64,000 nt of DNA from an uncultured virus (IMG/VR IMGVR_UViG_3300040733_000035) (lineage: Duplodnaviria > Heunggongvirae > Uroviricota > Caudoviricetes): IMG/VR virus record IMGVR_UViG_3300040733_000035, one strand, 5' to 3'. Under the pieces are notes generated by a model. It was given only the letters and a program-made list of their open reading frames with translations, had not been told where the DNA came from and made no database searches. This document shows, in pieces, positions 52,004 through 61,124 of the stretch. How positions within the stretch are numbered: position 1 is the first letter of the stretch; each line of letters begins with the position of its first letter. Made by a program: the position numbers and the translations under genes.

Positions 52004-52265
52004 GCTATTGTTTGGAAGAGGAACATTTTTTCCAGATGTACACAAATACATGGACAAAATGCAACCATACCTACAATCAAATCACAGGATATATGGACAC
52101 GATATGCAAACTGTATATGATATATACACAATGTCAGGAAACGAGACGATGGCATTATCAGCATACTTTCATATATTATTGGATCTAGTTTCAGATGAGG
52201 TAGGGCAAGAACACGCAATAGCAGAATTAACAAGAAGAATCGCGAATGGAGAAATACAAACATGA
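51969..52265 (+). CDS. minimal metal-dependent hydrolase (YdjM/DUF457-like motif set)
   Basis: H..H / PD / HR..GH / HILLD. Confidence 0.5.
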   Translation: MPSHILHITMDELLFGRGTFFPDVHKYMDKMQPYLQSNHRIYGHDMQTVYDIYTMSGNETMALSAYFHILLDLVSDEVGQEHAIAELTRRIANGEIQT

Positions 52266-52639
52266 TTGATATAAAGAAAGAAGATGAAAAGTGTCCAAGA
52301 TGCGAAATGGACAACATTATGATAGGAATGGCAGTAGCACATGTGGCATGTGGTGGAATAAAAAACGATGACGACCGGGGAGAATGCAACGAATGGGCAG
52401 CAAGCTTAGATCCGAACAAAATGTCTGCAATGGATATAATGGGAACGCTATACGATAAATACGGAATAGACGGCTTATCGAGATTTCCAGAACTACACAC
52501 AAAAATGATAAGAAGGCTAGTAATAAGCAAGGTAGGCGAAAAATTGGAAAAAGGAATACCAATAACAACAGAAGAACAAGAATTGTTCAATAGATACACC
52601 AAAGAAGAAACGAAGGACGGAATAAAACAGGGGGTATAA
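52262..52639 (+). CDS. Cys-containing hypothetical protein
   Basis: CPRC...C...C. Confidence 0.55.
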   Translation: MIDIKKEDEKCPRCEMDNIMIGMAVAHVACGGIKNDDDRGECNEWAASLDPNKMSAMDIMGTLYDKYGIDGLSRFPELHTKMIRRLVISKVGEKLEKGIPITTEEQELFNRYTKEETKDGIKQGV

Positions 52640-52641
52640 GC

Positions 52642-53442
52642 ATGGAATTAACAGGAGACATGTTAATAGCATTCGGTGAGGAAAATGGACTGACAATAAT
52701 GAGCCACAGAGATCCAGATAAATGGGCAGAAATGATAAACGAGAGAGGAGGGATATGCCCATGTGGAAAAGAATGCCCATGTGACAACTGTGAATGCAAA
52801 TTCTATGAAAAACAAGCAACAGAAGATGAAATGCCCGAAAAGAGTGATGAAATAATAATAAAGAACGATGAAATAAAAGGAGCACTCGAAGCACTAGAAG
52901 AAGCAAAAGTAATGTTGATATCGATACCAACAGATGACGAAAATGAAGCACTAGACGAAATTAAAAAAGCGAGTGAAATAATAAAAACCGATGCAAATAA
53001 CCACAAATGCAACAAATGCAAAGGAGCGATGGAAGGAATATCACGGAAGATAGATTTCCTCGGAGGAGAATGCAAACAAGACTCACTATCATGCATGCTA
53101 GAAAAAGAATCAACACTAAAACGAATAGAGCAAATGCAACAAATATTCATCGGAATAGACAAGTCACTCGCAGATGACGAAATACCAGATGAGCAAGATA
53201 AACGAGATTCACAGTTAGATAGAATGAAAGAGAACGAAGAACGAGAGCAAACAGAAAAACGGGATAGAATGATGCAGGGATTTCATGGATGTGTAAGCGG
53301 AAAAATAGAAAAAGGATTCAATAACGAAGACATGACAAGACAAGAAAAATTCTGTACAGCGACAAAACTATGCGCGAAGAATTCAACAATTTCCGAAAAA
53401 GACGCAATGGAGTCATGCATAAAGGGAGACAAAAAACAATGA
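52642..53442 (+). CDS. Cys-rich protein with an FTR-catalytic-subunit-like N-terminus
   Basis: FGEENG...GGICPCGKECPCDNCECKFY. Confidence 0.5.
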   Translation: MELTGDMLIAFGEENGLTIMSHRDPDKWAEMINERGGICPCGKECPCDNCECKFYEKQATEDEMPEKSDEIIIKNDEIKGALEALEEAKVMLISIPTDDENEALDEIKKASEIIKTDANNHKCNKCKGAMEGISRKIDFLGGECKQDSLSCMLEKESTLKRIEQMQQIFIGIDKSLADDEIPDEQDKRDSQLDRMKENEEREQTEKRDRMMQGFHGCVSGKIEKGFNNEDMTRQEKFCTATKLCAKNSTISEKDAMESCIKGDKKQ

Positions 53443-53777
53443 TGGACATACAAACGAGAATGATATTAGAATTAAACGAACATGGACCAATGCCAATAAA
53501 AGACATCGCGATACATGTAAAGGGAGACAAAAAAACAAACAGACAGAAGTGTGAACAACGATGCACTTACAATTTAGATAGCTTGGAAGGAGAAGGAATA
53601 GTAGAATCATTCACAGACGGTAGAAGAAAGATATACAAAATATCAGAAAACGTTGAAATTCTGACAGGAAAACTTGTACTAAATGACGAAAATGGATACG
53701 TGAAATACGAAGAAGAAATAAAACATGTACTACGAATGAATGATGGACAAATACGAATAAGCATATTAGAAGAATAA
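53439..53777 (+). CDS. winged-helix protein
   Basis: GPMPIKDIA...YNLDSLEGEGIV....GRRKIYKI. Confidence 0.7.
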   Translation: MMDIQTRMILELNEHGPMPIKDIAIHVKGDKKTNRQKCEQRCTYNLDSLEGEGIVESFTDGRRKIYKISENVEILTGKLVLNDENGYVKYEEEIKHVLRMNDGQIRISILEE

Positions 53778-53833
53778 TTCTCGGTACATTCTTTTTTATA
53801 CAACAACAAATAACAGGAATACGGTGAAAAGAA

Positions 53834-54049
53834 ATGGCAAAAACTATTAAACCAAGCCAAATGGCAGATCCGTCTTTGCGAATTGGTATCAAGAAAGGTG
53901 GAATGGGACTGAGGTTCCTGCACGTAGGTAAAGGAAACCCAAAAGCAATAAAGGAACAGCAAGGAAAACTGGCATCCTGTGCAAGAGCTGCAAAGGGTCT
54001 GAAGGGACAAGCATTCAGAGATGAAGTAAAGAAGTGCGCAAAAAAATGA
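53834..54049 (+). CDS. small basic protein (possible genome-condensing core protein)
   Basis: SD GGTGA; K/G/A-rich, 71 aa. Confidence 0.55.
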   Translation: MAKTIKPSQMADPSLRIGIKKGGMGLRFLHVGKGNPKAIKEQQGKLASCARAAKGLKGQAFRDEVKKCAKK

Positions 54050-54056
54050 AAACACC

Positions 54057-54076
54057 CGCCTCGCTTAAGCGAGGCG
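54057..54076. terminator. perfect palindrome between convergent genes
   Basis: CGCCTCGC-TTAA-GCGAGGCG. Confidence 0.55.
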
Positions 54077-55285
54077 AGGTATAATCACGACTCTTTTTAT
54101 CTTACCAATTTCAGGGACAACGACTTCTTCTTCAGGAAGATAACCACCATCAATAACAACCCCTATCGTAGAAGAAACACCGACCGGGAGATCAACAGAT
54201 AGAGGAGCAAGCCCAACAACAGATCCATCTATAGATATAATAGACCTGACACCAATTGGAGCAACTTCAATACTGACAGTACCCAACGACACGGGAAGCT
54301 TCTGCAGGATATAAGCAGGCAATTGACGTTTTGTAGACGTTATCTCAATCTCATCTCTGATAGATGAACAACCAGGAGCAGATATAGAAATGAAATACTT
54401 ACCAACCGGCAATTCGATCTCACAAGGAGTAACACCATCATAAAGGCTGATAGAATCATCGATTTTGCCTATACGAACCACTGCATGAGTAGGAGATGAA
54501 ATAATCTTGACGACGCCGATCTGAGGCCAGCTAATAAGGCACTTCTTAGCCGCCTGCTTGAACTCAACAGGATCGACAAAGTGATTCTTACCAAATTTGA
54601 GATTAGGCTCAGTAAAGCACCGCTCAAGTGACCACAGGGCAAAATTAACACCATCGAGATCATAGACAGTGCCAAGAACACGACCATATAAATCATTTGG
54701 TGAATGTCTATCATAATACACAATAACATCCTTACCAAGCCAATGAGGGGAAGTTTCAGCAGCGACCATCTCGCCACGGTCTGTACCGCCTTCCGGAGTA
54801 TCTATGCCAGCAATACGGACCTGATGCTTGAGGGAAACGCCACCATCAAATGTCGGAGACTGCTCGACAATAAGAGTGTCACCATCAGGAACAGCGACAA
54901 CGGTACCAGCAAAACTACGACCAACATCAGTATCATTTTCAGAACCAATAAGCACAGGGCCCGTAAGAGACGGAACTATTATGGTATCTTCAAGATAATC
55001 AAGCTGCATTTGGATATTATCAATTTTGTATGCATAATATTCTGGCTCTTTATCATATAAAGAAGACCGGTTATCCTTTATGAAAGTTTTGAAAATATCA
55101 AAATCCTTAGCCAACGCCAATAAATCCTGTCGGGCAGCGACATACAACGCAGATGGATCAGTGCGGTATTGTTCACTCTCCTTTGCCTGCTTCTGAATCT
55201 TGAGAACACCATCTATACCGCGCAAAAGATCCTGCAATCTCTGTCGGGCCTCGGCAACAACAGATGTACTATACCCAGTAGTCAT
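54065..55285 (-). CDS. thermonuclease (SNase) fused to PEGA domains
   Basis: DGDT, VRIAGIDTPE, DLYGRVLG; SSPTHAVV...GVTP...LPVGKY.ISISAPG. Confidence 0.85.
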   Translation of the reverse strand: MTTGYSTSVVAEARQRLQDLLRGIDGVLKIQKQAKESEQYRTDPSALYVAARQDLLALAKDFDIFKTFIKDNRSSLYDKEPEYYAYKIDNIQMQLDYLEDTIIVPSLTGPVLIGSENDTDVGRSFAGTVVAVPDGDTLIVEQSPTFDGGVSLKHQVRIAGIDTPEGGTDRGEMVAAETSPHWLGKDVIVYYDRHSPNDLYGRVLGTVYDLDGVNFALWSLERCFTEPNLKFGKNHFVDPVEFKQAAKKCLISWPQIGVVKIISSPTHAVVRIGKIDDSISLYDGVTPCEIELPVGKYFISISAPGCSSIRDEIEITSTKRQLPAYILQKLPVSLGTVSIEVAPIGVRSIISIDGSVVGLAPLSVDLPVGVSSTIGVVIDGGYLPEEEVVVPEIGKIKRVVIIPRLA

Positions 55286-55324
55286 AGAGAATTATTTATG
55301 CAGATAAGGTATATAGGATTTAGC

Positions 55325-55423
55325 ATGGACATGAGCAGTAAGATATTGGACGAAATAAGGAAAGCAATCAAAGAAATCAATGAAAAAGCAAACGAAGTAA
55401 TGAAGAAACAGGAGAAAAAATAA
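55325..55423 (+). CDS. 32-aa helical microprotein
   Basis: TAATG coupling to the 1898-aa gene; TATATA upstream. Confidence 0.45.
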   Translation: MDMSSKILDEIRKAIKEINEKANEVMKKQEKK

Positions 55424-58400
55424 TGGCGACAAATCCATTTGGAAAAACTGTATACAATGAACCAACCCAAACAATAACATTCAAGAACACATTTAACACG
55501 AATGCACCGAGGTTTGTTGGGCTGGATGTAAACTATGGAAAAACACAAACTTACAACAACACATACAACACGATAAAACTATCAAACGAAGCAATTGAAG
55601 CGGCACAACGACAACTGGAAACAACGAAAGCTGAAATGATAAAGAACGTAACAAAATCACTAGAATACCTGAAAACAACGTATGACATTAATATAAAGCC
55701 AATCAGCATAAAAACAATTGAAATACAAAACAACACGATAGAAAACGCGAGAAATGAAACAGACTTGATAATACAAGAGGCGATACAAAAAATACAAACA
55801 ATATCAACCGAGGAACTAATAAAAGCAAACACAACGTCAGTAATAACAGAAATAAAAAATGCTGCAATGCGAAGCCTAGAAGCATTACAAACAATGAAAA
55901 ATATATCGATGGAAGATATAAAGAAAGTACAAAACGCAGTGATTGGAGAGATAATATACAAGTTTGCAGGAAATGATGCAGAAACAACATTGCTCAGTGT
56001 AAAAGATATAAACAATACTAAAATACTAAAAGAATGGCTAATCGAGAATAACAAAATAACAGAACAAGAACTACAGACAGTAGACGCGATAGATATCAAA
56101 AACACAGTGACAAAAAACAGCGAAATGGTATTTATAATGGACGATATCAAAAAAGACGCGAAAATGTTGAAATGGTTAGAGGACAGAGGATACATAACTG
56201 ATGTTGAATTAATTAGCGGAAAATTGGTAACAAAGAAAACTGTAGACGGAAAAACGGCGTTCGAATCAATAATGGAATACAATAAAGAAAACAAAACAAC
56301 ATACGAACCAAAACAGATACTAGCAGAAGCGCCTGTGGGATGGGACACGCCGGTAACAAAGAAACAGACAACATGGAGACAAACAGAAAACAAAACAATA
56401 AAATTCGACGAACCTATACAATTGAAAGACTCTCAGATAAAGACAACACAACCAACACAGGATAAAGACGGAAAATTCATAGTGGAAACAATAGACACAA
56501 ATGGAAAGCTACTGAGAGAAAAATACGCAACGGAATCAGATGCAAGAGCACGAATGAATTACCTGATAGAAAACAACCAAGAAATAACAAAAACACTGAA
56601 AGAAATTGTGCCTGAAAAAACATCAGTGCAATCGTATGCAATACTAAAGAGATATAACCAGGACGGAGAAAAAATAAGCGATGACATACGTATAGGAGCA
56701 AGAGGAGCAACAGTAGAGGAGACGGAAAGACAATTGAAATATGAGATAGAAAGACAACAACAACTAGACGAACGAAAAGGAATAACAATAAAATCATACG
56801 AAATCCAGAACCACGACAGCGGAAAGACAAAAGAGATAACCATATTATCAATTGGAGGAACTGAAACAAAAATGCATGTGACAGAAAAAATAATACCAGA
56901 AGTAAAACAATCAATGACGGGAGCAGGAGAATTGCTATACACTGAGCAAAAACAAAAAGAAATGGAAGAAAACAAAAAATTACAAGAAGCATTAAATTCA
57001 ATAAATGCGAGCTTAATGCCAAATGGAAAAGGAATTTCAATTTCGGCACAATCACTCCAATTAGGAAACGTGCAAATAGAAAATGGAAAAATATCAGTAA
57101 ACGGAAAAGAATATTACACAAAAACAATACCAAAATCATACGAAGTGACAGACTGGACAAAAACAATGAAAAATATGGAATCAAATGCACCAGATTTACT
57201 AAAACCAGTCGCATCTACAATATATTCACTGTTCGCAGGAACTACTCAGAAATTATCAAACAATGGATTAGTAAAAGAGACATACACACAAGGAGAATAT
57301 ACAAACGATTGGTCGTTATTCAAAGTAATGTCATTCTGGGGAAGAGAATTGCAATCTGGAACGGCTGCAGTATTATATGGAAACAAAACAATAGACGCCG
57401 ATACCGCCTGGACTGGAAATTACAACGTGGAAATAACAACAAAAGGACAACAATTCATAGATAATGTCGGAATGAACTGGGCAAACAACGGAAAAGTAAC
57501 GAATTCGATAGGACTATCAGATAAAGAAGCAAAAATAAGTGTACTGGAATACGCAAGCCCGAACGTTTTAAACAACATACAGCAAAAACAATCAAAAGAT
57601 CTGGCAATCATGGCATACAACCCAACAACAAAAACAGCATTAATAGACGCATACGGATCAACGACAGTGAATAACATAATAAATTCAAACAAACTAACAC
57701 AACGGGATATAGAAAATGTAAACACAGACGTTGTATTAACCGTGTGGAATGCAATTACAGACCAACGAATAACAGGAACACCACTAGACCCATTTATAAC
57801 GATACTAGGAGGAGGCATTTTAGGTATAGAGGGAAATGTTATTGGAAAGGTAGGAAAAGTAACTGCAAAAGTAGGGGCAGTTAAAGACTTCGCAACATTC
57901 ATCAAAGAAGCAAAAATAGTAGTGCCAACGACAACGGGAATAACAACGATAACAGATGTAATATCAAACACTGCACTTGGTTCATTGAAGATAGCACCGA
58001 CTGCAATAATACCAAACAGCGGTGTAATAGCAAAAGACATCATATCACCAAAGACAATATCAGAAGCAACGAAATTAAAAACAGAAATAACAGAACTGAG
58101 AAAATCACTGGACAAAGGAATAACAAACACACAGAATTCAGAAGAATTTGTGACAAAACTACTAAACACAGACACAAACACGGCGAGGGCAGCACTAACA
58201 GAATTCATAGCAACTACACCAAACGATGTGTATGGAGTAATAAGCAAGGGAACATACAACATATTGCCAGAAAATGCACTGAGAGCACAAAATTTGCTAG
58301 AATCAGCAAACACTGAATACAAAGCACTATCAAATGCAGTAATAGAGAATATAGTAATAAAATCAAACGGGAACACAGTAGAAGCTGCAAAACTACTACA

Positions 58401-61119
58401 ACAAAAGAGCAATGAACTGGGAAAAGACACAGTAAACTACATGATAAACACAGCACAACACGAGGGAACAAAATATTACAACGAAATAACAAACGCAGTG
58501 AATGAGTGGGAAAAATTAGAAAATGCAGGAAAAATAACAATAGCAACACAACAACCGCCGAACGGAACACAAATAACAAGTGTATTCTCGACAGCAGAAA
58601 CAAGTAAGATAGAAAATGAAATCGGAACACTTGAAAACTTGAGAAGCTTATCAGCAAGCGATAAAAAAATATTATCGGATAAAACAGGAATACCAATAAA
58701 CAGAATAACATACCACCAAAAACGAGCAGAAACTTATTTGGCATCATTTAAACCAAAAGAACAGACTGGGTGGATATCCGGTAACGTGGAAGTAGACAGA
58801 TTAACAGACATTGTAAACGCAGCAGAACGAAATACAATAGACGTAATAAGAGACACAACGAAACTATCGAGGAATGGAATAGAAACACTAAAAGATGTGG
58901 CAAGCATAAAACCGAATGAAATAACACTGATTGCAAAGAAAACCGGAATAGATGAAACTGCACTAAAATTGTACAGAGAAGAAGCTTCAAATGCTATAAT
59001 GTGGAAAGAAAACGAAGAAACACTAAAAGATATGGGATGGAAAATAGAATCTCCAACAAAGAAAGGAGAAGACACATTCGAAGAGACGATACTACCAGAA
59101 ACAGACGAGATAATTGTCTCAGATGAACTGAAGTTGCTCGGAATTGAAAGTGATGGAATAGGTGGATGGAAGATAACAGATGCTAACATAAAAGAAATGA
59201 GCAACAAAGAATTTAATAGATTGATATACAGGGATCGAGACAAATTTGCACCAGTAATCGGAAAGATAACAAAAGAAGACATAAACAAACTAGACATAAC
59301 AAGAACACAAAAAGACAGACTGATAAGTGCACTTACAACGAAAAAAACAAACATAGCAGATACAACAAAGATAACAGAAATGAAAAGAAGACTGGAAAAC
59401 GAGACAAACGTACTAGCAGATCTAATGGACGAATATGCACAAAAAAGCAAACAAAAAGGAAATACAAGTGAACTTGAAAAATTATCAAGAGAAATAAACA
59501 AACAACGGGAAGTAGTAAGGGCATTCGACACTGAAATAGGAATACAAAGTGACATACTACGAGAGATGTCAACAAAAATGAAACCATCGGCACAAGAAAT
59601 GAAAATAATTGAAAGACACGCAGAAAACATGAAAAACGAAGTAAAAAGGCAAAACGAACTGATTGAAAGAGTGAAAAACATGCCTGGAAACAGGAAACCA
59701 AGTGAAGCAGCAAAGAACACACTAGACGAAATAAGAAAAGGAAACTTCGAAGAAGCAGCGAATAAATTAAAAGAATCAAATACGCACAGTAAAACAACGT
59801 TACTACCGAATGATGCAAATGCATACAAAGATGTAAGCATTGCAAAAATAAGAAGACTGGAAGAATACGGAGCACCACAGAAATTGGTAGACCAGTTGGT
59901 AGTAGAAAGATCAAATCATGCTCTAAAAGAACTAGCAACAAAACCAGGAATGAAAAGAACAGAATATATGATACGCAATGGGGAAATATCAGAACTAAGT
60001 GACGAAGAAATACTGACATTGTGGAAAAATGAAAGACAACTTGGATTGGATGCAACTGAAGATGTGTACGGAAAAGAACCAAACGGATTATTAAAAAGAT
60101 TAACAGACGACGCAATAAAATCAGGCGATAAATCGAGGATGGAAAAGCTAGCAGAAGAAATGAGAAAAGAAAAAGCAGACTGTGTGCTAAGAGGAGAATG
60201 CGGGATAGGATCAACTGGATCAAGCACAATGAAAACCATGGGAGCAGGACTACTAGTCGCCGGAGCAATGACAACAACGATAACAATGGCAGACGGAACG
60301 ACATGGTTGTACGACGCTGATAAGAACATGTACATGGAAATAGAACCAACAGCAGCAGCAATACGCAATATGGGAGCAACAACACCAGAAAATAAAAATT
60401 ACGCACTGAGAAGCAGCGAACTTGGACCAGAAAGCGTAAACAAAGAAATTGTAAGGGCATTCGATATATACATGAAAAGTGGATTACCAGGAAAACAGTA
60501 CACAGAAGGAAACGTGAAAGGAATACAAGGAACAAAAATAGACACAGGGGAACGGATATGTCAGAATTTCGCAATTGAAGCGGCCAATTACATAAATAAC
60601 AACCAAGAACTATCAAAAATGGGGATAAAAGCAAACGTTATTGGCGTAATTGGAACAGATGTAAACGGAAAAGCGGTGAGTCATGTATTGGTATCAATTG
60701 AAAACATGAACAAACCAGTCGGATCATACACAAATCCAGTAACGGGAAAAACCGAAACATTATACGAGAAAACACTATTAGAACCACAGACGGGGCAAAC
60801 GGGGGAAACTGGAACGGATTTCACCGGAACAAAGATGATGCTAGGTGATAGTGAATATAAAATAGAATACACACAAGCAATGAGAAACGCAGAACAATCG
60901 ATAATATACGGACCGAAAAATGAGAAAGCTGGAATAACACAAGCACCAACGAGGGGAACAGACATGTTGATACACACAGCAGAATCAATGCCACAAGTTG
61001 ACAAGACAATAGAAATCGACAGACTGGCAGGAGCGAACGAAACATATCTAGAAAGTGAAAAAATAAACCCATTTGTAACAATTGACGTAAACACACCAGT
61101 AAAGAGAATAAACGGGTGA
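55423..61119 (+). CDS. 1898-aa protein with a C-terminal transglutaminase/papain-like domain; putative internal virion protein
   Basis: ICQNFA...SHVLV...LLEPQTG (Cys-His-Glu); coiled coils; two weakly hydrophobic Gly-rich segments. Confidence 0.6.
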   Translation: MATNPFGKTVYNEPTQTITFKNTFNTNAPRFVGLDVNYGKTQTYNNTYNTIKLSNEAIEAAQRQLETTKAEMIKNVTKSLEYLKTTYDINIKPISIKTIEIQNNTIENARNETDLIIQEAIQKIQTISTEELIKANTTSVITEIKNAAMRSLEALQTMKNISMEDIKKVQNAVIGEIIYKFAGNDAETTLLSVKDINNTKILKEWLIENNKITEQELQTVDAIDIKNTVTKNSEMVFIMDDIKKDAKMLKWLEDRGYITDVELISGKLVTKKTVDGKTAFESIMEYNKENKTTYEPKQILAEAPVGWDTPVTKKQTTWRQTENKTIKFDEPIQLKDSQIKTTQPTQDKDGKFIVETIDTNGKLLREKYATESDARARMNYLIENNQEITKTLKEIVPEKTSVQSYAILKRYNQDGEKISDDIRIGARGATVEETERQLKYEIERQQQLDERKGITIKSYEIQNHDSGKTKEITILSIGGTETKMHVTEKIIPEVKQSMTGAGELLYTEQKQKEMEENKKLQEALNSINASLMPNGKGISISAQSLQLGNVQIENGKISVNGKEYYTKTIPKSYEVTDWTKTMKNMESNAPDLLKPVASTIYSLFAGTTQKLSNNGLVKETYTQGEYTNDWSLFKVMSFWGRELQSGTAAVLYGNKTIDADTAWTGNYNVEITTKGQQFIDNVGMNWANNGKVTNSIGLSDKEAKISVLEYASPNVLNNIQQKQSKDLAIMAYNPTTKTALIDAYGSTTVNNIINSNKLTQRDIENVNTDVVLTVWNAITDQRITGTPLDPFITILGGGILGIEGNVIGKVGKVTAKVGAVKDFATFIKEAKIVVPTTTGITTITDVISNTALGSLKIAPTAIIPNSGVIAKDIISPKTISEATKLKTEITELRKSLDKGITNTQNSEEFVTKLLNTDTNTARAALTEFIATTPNDVYGVISKGTYNILPENALRAQNLLESANTEYKALSNAVIENIVIKSNGNTVEAAKLLQQKSNELGKDTVNYMINTAQHEGTKYYNEITNAVNEWEKLENAGKITIATQQPPNGTQITSVFSTAETSKIENEIGTLENLRSLSASDKKILSDKTGIPINRITYHQKRAETYLASFKPKEQTGWISGNVEVDRLTDIVNAAERNTIDVIRDTTKLSRNGIETLKDVASIKPNEITLIAKKTGIDETALKLYREEASNAIMWKENEETLKDMGWKIESPTKKGEDTFEETILPETDEIIVSDELKLLGIESDGIGGWKITDANIKEMSNKEFNRLIYRDRDKFAPVIGKITKEDINKLDITRTQKDRLISALTTKKTNIADTTKITEMKRRLENETNVLADLMDEYAQKSKQKGNTSELEKLSREINKQREVVRAFDTEIGIQSDILREMSTKMKPSAQEMKIIERHAENMKNEVKRQNELIERVKNMPGNRKPSEAAKNTLDEIRKGNFEEAANKLKESNTHSKTTLLPNDANAYKDVSIAKIRRLEEYGAPQKLVDQLVVERSNHALKELATKPGMKRTEYMIRNGEISELSDEEILTLWKNERQLGLDATEDVYGKEPNGLLKRLTDDAIKSGDKSRMEKLAEEMRKEKADCVLRGECGIGSTGSSTMKTMGAGLLVAGAMTTTITMADGTTWLYDADKNMYMEIEPTAAAIRNMGATTPENKNYALRSSELGPESVNKEIVRAFDIYMKSGLPGKQYTEGNVKGIQGTKIDTGERICQNFAIEAANYINNNQELSKMGIKANVIGVIGTDVNGKAVSHVLVSIENMNKPVGSYTNPVTGKTETLYEKTLLEPQTGQTGETGTDFTGTKMMLGDSEYKIEYTQAMRNAEQSIIYGPKNEKAGITQAPTRGTDMLIHTAESMPQVDKTIEIDRLAGANETYLESEKINPFVTIDVNTPVKRING

Positions 61120-61124
61120 TAAAA

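Noticed and set aside
53420..53534. 17-bp direct repeat TAAAGGGAGACAAAAAA
   Set aside because: A-rich, both copies encode KGDKK in coding frames, only two copies.
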